Positions 57,524 through 64,000 of a DNA stretch of 64,000 bases are shown one piece after another. Where the stretch lies: assembly GCA_963786935.1 (NCBI GenBank), contig CAWBAN010000001.1, positions 416,001 to 480,000 on the forward strand. Reading direction: 5' to 3'. The translations under genes and the position numbers were made by a program. Within the stretch, counting starts at the first letter, position 1. Each line of letters starts with the position of its first letter. The notes under the pieces are model-generated. The model saw nothing but the letters and a program-made list of their open reading frames with translations, was not told where the DNA came from and did not search any database. Source of the DNA: an uncultured bacterium. Lineage in GTDB: Bacteria; Krumholzibacteriota; Krumholzibacteriia; Krumholzibacteriales; Krumholzibacteriaceae.

Positions 57524-58616
57524 TGCTCATGTACGGTGTGATTCTGGCCGGCGGGAAGGGCACGAGGTTCTGGCCCGCGAGCCGCGCCGAAAAGCCCAAG
57601 CAGTTCCTCGACATCACCGGCGAGGGGAGCATGCTCGCGCTCACGTGGAAACGCCTCTCGGCGTTCATCCCGCCCGAGCGCATGATCGTGCTCACCGTGG
57701 AGACCCTCGTGCCCCTCGTCAGACGGGAGCTCCCCCTGCTCGGCGCCGATCATCTGTTCGTCGAGCCCGTCGGGCGCAACACGGCGCCGTCGATCGCGGT
57801 CGCCGCGGCGCTCGTCCGCCGGTTCGGCGGCGACGAGCCGTTCCTCGTCTGCCCGGCCGATCATTCGATCGCCGACGAGCGCGCGTTCAGGCGCGCCGTC
57901 CGCGCCGGTGCCGCCGTCGCCGCTGCGCGCGACGAGCTCGTCACCTTCGGCATCGTCCCCACCTTCCCTGCGACGGGATACGGATACATCGAAGCGGGGC
58001 GGGCGCTCGGGGGAGGGGGACCGCGCGGCGGGTGACGAAATTCCACGAAAAGCCAGACGCGAAGCGGGCGGCCGCCTACTGCAGGGCGCGGCGGTATTTC
58101 TGGAACAGCGGCATCTTCATCTGGCGCCCGTCGGTGTACCTCGAGGCGTGGTCGCGCTTCCTCCCCGGCGGCGCGCGTCCGCTCGCGGCGATCGAGCGCT
58201 CGCTCGGCGGCAGGTCCGCCCGGCGGATCGTCGAGCGCGAGTATCCGCGGATGCCGTCGATATCGGTGGACTACGGAATCCTCGAGAAGGCGCCGAACGT
58301 CGTCGTCGTTCCCGCCGATATCGGCTGGAGCGACGTCGGCTCGTGGGATTCCCTCTTCGATCTTCTTCGCGCCGACGGCCGCGGCAACGCGGGGGCCGGG
58401 CGTATGGAGATCGTCGATTCGCGGAACAATCTGCTGTTCAATCCCGGCGGCGTGACCGCCGCCGTCGGCGTCGACGATCTCATCGTCGTCGTCGACGGGC
58501 GGAGCGTGCTCGTGTGCAGGCGGGGCGAGAGCCAGCGCGTCCGTGAGATCGCCGAGCGCCTCGCGAAGGAGCGGCGGACACCGGGGCGCCGGACGGTTCG
58601 AAAGAGAATTTCATGA
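57523..58616 (+). CDS. manC: Mannose-1-phosphate guanylyltransferase; frameshift in G runs at 58009-58019
   Basis: LAGGKGTRFWP, EPVGRNTAP, TGYGYI in one frame; FHEKP, WNSGIF, SVDYGILEK, WSDVGSW in the next. Confidence 0.88.
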
Positions 58617-58642
58617 TCAGGGGCCGGTACAAGGAGGTACGA

Positions 58643-59866
58643 ATGTTCGCGAAGAGATCGTTCATGTTTCTGCTGATCGCGGGGTGCGCGATCGGGACGC
58701 TGACTTCCTGCTCGCGCGGCACCAAGGAGGACGGCCTCAAGGTGAAGAGCGGGCTCGCCGCGAGAGTCGGCGATATCAAGATCACCGATGAATTCATGCT
58801 CCGGACGTTCGAGGATCTGCCTCCGGAGCAGAAGAAGCAGTTCAAGGGGCCCGAGGCGCAGGCGAGATTCACCGAGCGGCTCATCGAGCAGCACCTCTTT
58901 TACCTCGCCGCGCTCGATGCGAAGCTCGACAAGAGCGAGGAGATGGAAGAGCGGCTCCGGTGGGTCACGATGAATATCCTCGTCGCCGAGTATTTCACGA
59001 AGAACGTCAGCGACAAGATCAAGATCGAGCCGAAGGAAATTGAGGAATACTACGCGTCGCATCCCCAGGAATTCGTTCAGGCCCCCGTCCTGCGCGCCCA
59101 GTATCTCTTCACGGCGGACAGCCTCAAGGCCGTGAATTGGAAGAAGCGTCTCGCGAAGGGCGAGGTGTTCACGAAGATCGCGGCCAAGGAATCGGAGGAC
59201 AAGGCGACCGCCCCGTCGGGCGGCGACGTCGGGTACTTCAACCCGGGCGGCTACATCAAGGGCGTCAGCGACGTCGAGGGATTCAGCAAGGCCGTCGAGA
59301 AGCTCGATCTCGGCGTGACGAGCGACATCGTGCGGCTCAGCAACGGATTCGCGATCATCAAGGTCACCGAGAAGAATGCGGCGAAAACGCAGACGCTCGA
59401 CGAGGCCCGGCGGACGATCGAGGGCAAGCTGCAGGCGCAGAAGACGGAGGAGGCCTACAAGGCGGCCGTCGCGGAGCTCTCGAAGAAGTACAAGCCGGAG
59501 AACTACGTCCAGGAGCGGCTCGACAAGACGAAGCGGACCGCCGAGGAGCTCTGGGAGATGGCCCAGATCGAGGGCGATGCGCGGAGCCGCATCCAGTACT
59601 ACCGCGACATCGTGAACCAGTATCCGGCCCATAAGAACGCGGCCGAAGCGCTTTTCATGATCGGATTCACGTACGCGGAGGAGCTCAAGGACTTCGTGCA
59701 GGCGCGCCGGACGTTCGACGAGCTCAAGCAGAAATACCCCGACAGCCCGATGCTCGAATCGGCGAAGTGGATGACCGAGAACATGGAGACGTCGCATCCG
59801 AAGATCGAGTCGCTCGAGGGGGTCCAGCAGCGCATGGAAGAGAACAAGACGGGAACGTCCAAGTAG
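58643..59866 (+). CDS. Parvulin/PpiC-type foldase lipoprotein with C-terminal TPR-like domain
   Basis: LTSC lipobox; FTKIAAKESED..GGDVG, GFAIIKV; AAEALFMIGFTY, KYPDS. Confidence 0.8.
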   Translation: MFAKRSFMFLLIAGCAIGTLTSCSRGTKEDGLKVKSGLAARVGDIKITDEFMLRTFEDLPPEQKKQFKGPEAQARFTERLIEQHLFYLAALDAKLDKSEEMEERLRWVTMNILVAEYFTKNVSDKIKIEPKEIEEYYASHPQEFVQAPVLRAQYLFTADSLKAVNWKKRLAKGEVFTKIAAKESEDKATAPSGGDVGYFNPGGYIKGVSDVEGFSKAVEKLDLGVTSDIVRLSNGFAIIKVTEKNAAKTQTLDEARRTIEGKLQAQKTEEAYKAAVAELSKKYKPENYVQERLDKTKRTAEELWEMAQIEGDARSRIQYYRDIVNQYPAHKNAAEALFMIGFTYAEELKDFVQARRTFDELKQKYPDSPMLESAKWMTENMETSHPKIESLEGVQQRMEENKTGTSK

Positions 59867-59872
59867 GGAGCG

Positions 59873-60358
59873 ATGATGGATCTCGTCGAGGTGTCGGTGC
59901 GCGGAATCGCGCTCGATGAGGAGCGCCGCCATCCGGTCGTCCTCCTCAAGGCGGACGAGGAGGAGGAGATTCTGCCGATCTGGATCGGCGCCGCCGAGGC
60001 GACGGCGATCTTCACCGCGGTCGCGGGCAAATCGTTCGAGCGCCCCATGACGCACGATCTCCTCGCAATCGTCGTCGACGTGCTCGGCGCGACGGTCGAG
60101 CGGATCGAGATCACGGGACTGCAGGCCGAGACGTACTTCGCGCGCATCGTGTTGAAGCGCGGCGACGACGTGTTCTACGTCGACGCGCGGCCGAGCGACT
60201 CGGTCGCGCTCGCCCTGCGGGCGGGTGCGCCGCTTTTCATCGAGCGGGACCTGTTCAACGCGCACAAGCGGAGCATCGATCTCGGTTCGGACGAGGACGA
60301 CGTGCGCAAGCGCCTCAAGGAGCTCGATCCGGGGAGCTTCGGCGATCTCGACGCGTAG
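59873..60358 (+). CDS. Bifunctional nuclease family protein (DUF151)
   Basis: LPIWIG, RPMTHDL, DARPSDSVALALR. Confidence 0.92.
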   Translation: MMDLVEVSVRGIALDEERRHPVVLLKADEEEEILPIWIGAAEATAIFTAVAGKSFERPMTHDLLAIVVDVLGATVERIEITGLQAETYFARIVLKRGDDVFYVDARPSDSVALALRAGAPLFIERDLFNAHKRSIDLGSDEDDVRKRLKELDPGSFGDLDA

Positions 60359-60367
60359 GAGGATACG

Positions 60368-60907
60368 GTGCTGGAATCGTTTCAGGGAAAGCCGCCGGCG
60401 GTCGGCGCCGACGTGTTCATCGCGCCGAGCGCGCAGGTGATCGGCGACGTGGAGCTCGGCGACGGCGCGAGCGTCTGGCACGGGGCGGTCGTCCGCGGGG
60501 ACGTCGGGCGGATCCGCATCGGCGCATACACCAATATCCAGGATCTCTGCGTCTGCCACGTGACGACCGGGGGGCCGGAGCTCGTGGTCGGCGCGCGGGT
60601 CACCGTCGGCCATCGGGCGATCCTGCATTCGTGCGCGATCGGGGACGGGTGCCTCATCGGCATGGGCTCCATCATCCTCGACGGGGTGAAGGTCGGAAAC
60701 GGGAGCATCGTCGCCGCGGGGAGCGTGCTCCTCACGGGGCTCGAGGTCCCGCCGATGTCGCTCGTGGCCGGCGTTCCCGGCACGGTGAAGCGGACGATCG
60801 ATCGGGCCGCCTCGGAGCGTCTCGCCCGGAGCGCCGAGGAGTATCATCATCTCGCGCTCGCCTATCTCGGGAAACGGCCCTTCCCGCATTCGGAGGAACG
60901 AACATGA
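60368..60907 (+). CDS. Gamma carbonic anhydrase family protein
   Basis: Hexapeptide repeats, RGDV, TNIQD, VGHRAILH. Confidence 0.9.
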   Translation: MLESFQGKPPAVGADVFIAPSAQVIGDVELGDGASVWHGAVVRGDVGRIRIGAYTNIQDLCVCHVTTGGPELVVGARVTVGHRAILHSCAIGDGCLIGMGSIILDGVKVGNGSIVAAGSVLLTGLEVPPMSLVAGVPGTVKRTIDRAASERLARSAEEYHHLALAYLGKRPFPHSEERT

Positions 60908-62049
60908 AACGGCGGGCGGCCTGCCGCGCGATGATCGCCGCCGCCGCGCTGATTGCGGCGGCCGCGGTTCCCGCGGGCTCTCAGGAAAAGGCCGGGGATC
61001 AGGCGAAGGGGACCGAAGCCTCGATCCGCCGTATCGGCGTTCTGTGCCCGCTCGAAGGGCGCTTCGCCACGCTCGGGGAATCGTTCCTGCGCGGGGCGTC
61101 GATCGCGCTCAAGGAAACGCGGCTCAAGGGGATCGGGAACGTCGAGCTCGTCGTCGGAGACACGCGCGGCAATCCGCTCGAGTGCCGGGCGGTCGCGGAG
61201 CGGCTCATCCGGCAGGAGCACGTCGACGCGCTGCTCGGCGAAGTGCTCAGCTCTTCCACGATCGCGGCGGCCCAGGTCGCCGAGCTCTCGAAAACCGTGC
61301 TCCTCTCTCCGGTCGCGACGGAGGAGGGGATCGCCGGCGTCGGGAACTGGGTGTTCCAGATGACCACCTCGTCGGAGGTCGAGATCGCCGCGCTCGCGCA
61401 CATGGCGTGCCGCCGCCTCGGGCTCCGGCGCGTCGCGTTCATGTCCTCGGACGACCTGCCCTCGCGCCGCATCGCGCGGCTCTTCGGGGAGGAGGTCGAG
61501 CGTCTCGGCGGTCAGCTCGTGATCGCCGAGCTCTATCCCGAGGGGAGCACCGACTTCGCCGAATCGATCGGGCGCGTGCGCGCGGCCGATCCCGAGGCGC
61601 TCTTCATCGCCTCGGGCACCGAGGATTTGATCCTGATCCTGCCGCAGTTGTCGTTTCACGAATTCGGCGCGCAGCTCCTCGGCACGAGCGCCTGGAATTC
61701 CCGGCGCCTCGTCAGAATGGCGGGGAAGGATCTCGAGGGCGCGCTGTTTCCCGCGGACATCGATCAGCGCGCGGGCGAGGCGCTCTTCATGAACGCGTGC
61801 GCTCTCGTCAACGAGCCGGCCGGCGAGGTCAACCAGGTGGTCATCGGGGGATACCGGGGCACGAAGCTCCTCATCGAGGCGCTCGCCACGTGCAAGTCGG
61901 GAGGGACGCCGCTGCGGGAGGAGATGTCGCGGCTCCTCGAGAAAAGGCGTCACCCGTTCATCGATCTCATGGCCGGTGAAGGCATCCTGTTCTACACCGT
62001 GCGAAACGAGCGCGCCGTCGAGTACGGAGTCCTCAAGGCGGAGCGCTAG
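60904..62049 (+). CDS. Type 1 periplasmic binding protein (LivJ/LppC-like)
   Basis: IGVLCPLEG, VGDTRG, STDFAESI, QLLGTSAW. Confidence 0.75.
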   Translation: MKRRAACRAMIAAAALIAAAAVPAGSQEKAGDQAKGTEASIRRIGVLCPLEGRFATLGESFLRGASIALKETRLKGIGNVELVVGDTRGNPLECRAVAERLIRQEHVDALLGEVLSSSTIAAAQVAELSKTVLLSPVATEEGIAGVGNWVFQMTTSSEVEIAALAHMACRRLGLRRVAFMSSDDLPSRRIARLFGEEVERLGGQLVIAELYPEGSTDFAESIGRVRAADPEALFIASGTEDLILILPQLSFHEFGAQLLGTSAWNSRRLVRMAGKDLEGALFPADIDQRAGEALFMNACALVNEPAGEVNQVVIGGYRGTKLLIEALATCKSGGTPLREEMSRLLEKRRHPFIDLMAGEGILFYTVRNERAVEYGVLKAER

Positions 62050-62714
62050 CCGCGCAGATGAAACTTCACGAGAAAGCTCACCCAGAACGAGACCGGCGTT
62101 CCGTTCGTCCGGACCGGCTTGAAGAGGAACTGCCGCACGGCGGCGAGCGATGAGGCCTCGAAGCTCACCGGTCCGAAGGACGAGCGCACGTACGCCTCGT
62201 TCACGGTGCCGTCGCTCGCGATGTACGCCTCGATGAGGACGTACCCCTGCAGCCGCTCCGCGAGGGCGTCGGCCGGATACTCCGGCTCGATCATTCTGAG
62301 AATAACGTAGTCCTCGCGGTACGGAACCGGCGCGTGGGACGCATGCGTGCGGTAGGCGTAATCCCCCTCCAGGGGGACCGACACCTGCTGTTCACGCTTC
62401 CGCTCGGCGGGCTTCGGAGCCGGCTCCTTTCCCCGCGGGCGCTTCGGCTTGTCCTCTCCTTCGACGACGACGTCCTGCACGACCATGACGCGCCGCTCGC
62501 GCGACGTCGCCTTCGCCGGCGTGTCGCGGCTGTCGATGATCGAAATTTCCGGTTCGAATGTGGCGGGACCCTCGTATCCGAGGGAGATGAAATCGCGGAT
62601 CGCTTTGACGCGCTCGAACGTCACGAGGGCGAAGAGGTGCACGAGAATCACGAACGGAAGGATGAGCGTGAGCCGTCTACGCATCCGGCGGTCGTACTCG
62701 CTGATTTTCCCCAT
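62046..62714 (-). CDS. TonB-family energy transducer
   Basis: N-terminal TM, Pro/Lys linker, PEYPADA, FEASSLAAVRQFLFKP. Confidence 0.8.
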   Translation of the reverse strand: MGKISEYDRRMRRRLTLILPFVILVHLFALVTFERVKAIRDFISLGYEGPATFEPEISIIDSRDTPAKATSRERRVMVVQDVVVEGEDKPKRPRGKEPAPKPAERKREQQVSVPLEGDYAYRTHASHAPVPYREDYVILRMIEPEYPADALAERLQGYVLIEAYIASDGTVNEAYVRSSFGPVSFEASSLAAVRQFLFKPVRTNGTPVSFWVSFLVKFHLRG

Positions 62715-62811
62715 GCAGTGAGCCCTCTCTCCCTTGCATACAATATCGTACGGCGCCTTGAACGGTGTCAAGCGCGCGGTGGGGACGCGGCATGCGGGAG
62801 GCGTCGTCGGC

Positions 62812-63999
62812 TCAGGGCATCTCGAGCACGAGCGCCGTTTCGCCGGGGCGCACGATTCGCGCGAAGAGCGCCGATCGCCCGTCCGCGAGGCGGACCGTGA
62901 AGAGGTGCGCTCCCGGCTCGACGAGGCCGAAGGAGGCCGATCCGCCGGCGCCGGTCGCGCGCACGGAGAGCCGGTCGATGTCGACCGACGCGCCGGCGGC
63001 GGGGGCGCCCGCGGCGATCACCTTCACGGCGAAATCCGCGGCGACGGTCCCCTCGTATCCGAAGGAGAGCGCGATCGCCGCAAAGATCCGCTCGGCCTCG
63101 AGCCGGAGCCACGCGGCGTCCTTCATCGCCGCCTCGCGGGAGGCGTCCTCGATGGGGCCGCAGTGGACCTCGCATGCCGGGCACGCGGTCTGCTGGAGGA
63201 ATACGTCGGCCCACTCGACGACGGCGAGCGGGCCTTCCGGCGCGAGCGCGCCGAGCGCGGCGGCGAGCCGCTCCGCGATCGAGCGTCCGCGAGCGCTTCC
63301 GGAGAAATAGAGGACGCACCGGCGCGTGTCGATTCCCGCGGGGGGCGCCTCATGCCGGATGCCGAGCGCGAGCTCGGCATCGGCGCGGTTGGCGGCGTAG
63401 ACGCGCTCCTGCGGGGAGATCGTCTCGTCGCCGTTTCGCGTGAGGGCGACCGAGGCGCCCGCGCGCTCGAGCAGATTGCGGAGAATCCGCGCGACCTCGA
63501 GATTCGCGGACGCGCCGCGCAGCGAGCCCGCGCCCCGGCCTCCCGGATCGGATCCGCCGCCGCCGGGATCGAGACAGATGCGCCTCCCGGCGAGCGCGCC
63601 GCCGAAGAGCGGGCTGAGCCTGACGATCGCTCCCTCCGCGGCGCCGCGGGCGGCGCCCGTGTCGAGGAGGGCCGGGGCGTAGCCGGTGGCGATCACGATG
63701 AGCGTCTCGGGGCGGTTCGACGCGGGAACGAGGATCCTGCCCCGCTCGTCGCCGATGACGCTCCCGGCGGAGCCGCCGCCGATGACGGGGCGGGAAACGG
63801 GATTTCCCGTCAGCGCGTCGACCGCGACGAACGCGGCAAAGACCCCTTCGTCGAGCGGAGGAAGCTCCATGCGCTCCTTCAGCCCGTCCGCGGAGACGGT
63901 GAACGGCTCGCGGGCGCGCTCGCGGGCGACCTCGAAGGTGAAGGTTCCGTCCATGCACGGGCCTTCGAACGTCTCGCCGGTCTTCTCGAAACGCGCGGC
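62812..63999 (-). CDS. Multidomain protein with N-acetylmuramoyl-L-alanine amidase (Amidase_3)-like domain, 5' partial
   Basis: RICLDPGGGGSDPG, ANLEVA, LTRNGD, ERVYAAN; frame open to window end. Confidence 0.7.
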   Translation of the reverse strand, partial: AARFEKTGETFEGPCMDGTFTFEVARERAREPFTVSADGLKERMELPPLDEGVFAAFVAVDALTGNPVSRPVIGGGSAGSVIGDERGRILVPASNRPETLIVIATGYAPALLDTGAARGAAEGAIVRLSPLFGGALAGRRICLDPGGGGSDPGGRGAGSLRGASANLEVARILRNLLERAGASVALTRNGDETISPQERVYAANRADAELALGIRHEAPPAGIDTRRCVLYFSGSARGRSIAERLAAALGALAPEGPLAVVEWADVFLQQTACPACEVHCGPIEDASREAAMKDAAWLRLEAERIFAAIALSFGYEGTVAADFAVKVIAAGAPAAGASVDIDRLSVRATGAGGSASFGLVEPGAHLFTVRLADGRSALFARIVRPGETALVLEMP

Positions 64000-64000
64000 G

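Overview
High-GC bacterial chromosomal segment from a diderm organism (lipoproteins, OM barrels, TonB; a specific lineage cannot be established from the sequence alone). Almost everything is on the + strand. Housekeeping content: OPT transporter, iscS-mnmA, seven tRNAs (all four Ser isoacceptors, Arg-ACG, Ala-CGC, Gln-TTG), large SRP RNA, tadA, dnaX-ybaB-recR-mglB-mglA, pgpA-cinA-thpR, recA-recX-alaS, a surface-polysaccharide cluster, ispE-spoVG-prs-rplY-pth, rpsF-rpsR-rplI with an S6:S18 leader, and PMM-ManC. The most unusual items are: (1) an intergenic pair of covarying ~70-nt hairpins after mglA whose terminal loops are complementary to each other; (2) a type IV minor-pilin operon behind a sigma54-like promoter, whose PilW-like subunit is fused to three SdrD-B-like domains and a seven-repeat FG-GAP propeller; (3) a 2-oxoacid oxidoreductase operon whose delta subunit surrounds a GltD-like flavoprotein; (4) a phosphomannomutase that appears to start at ATC; (5) a WecA fused to a degenerate CapD-like domain. 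Four genes carry single-base deletions in G/C homopolymers, most likely assembly errors. No CRISPR array, integrase, transposase or rRNA was seen. Family assignments are by motif recognition, not database search.
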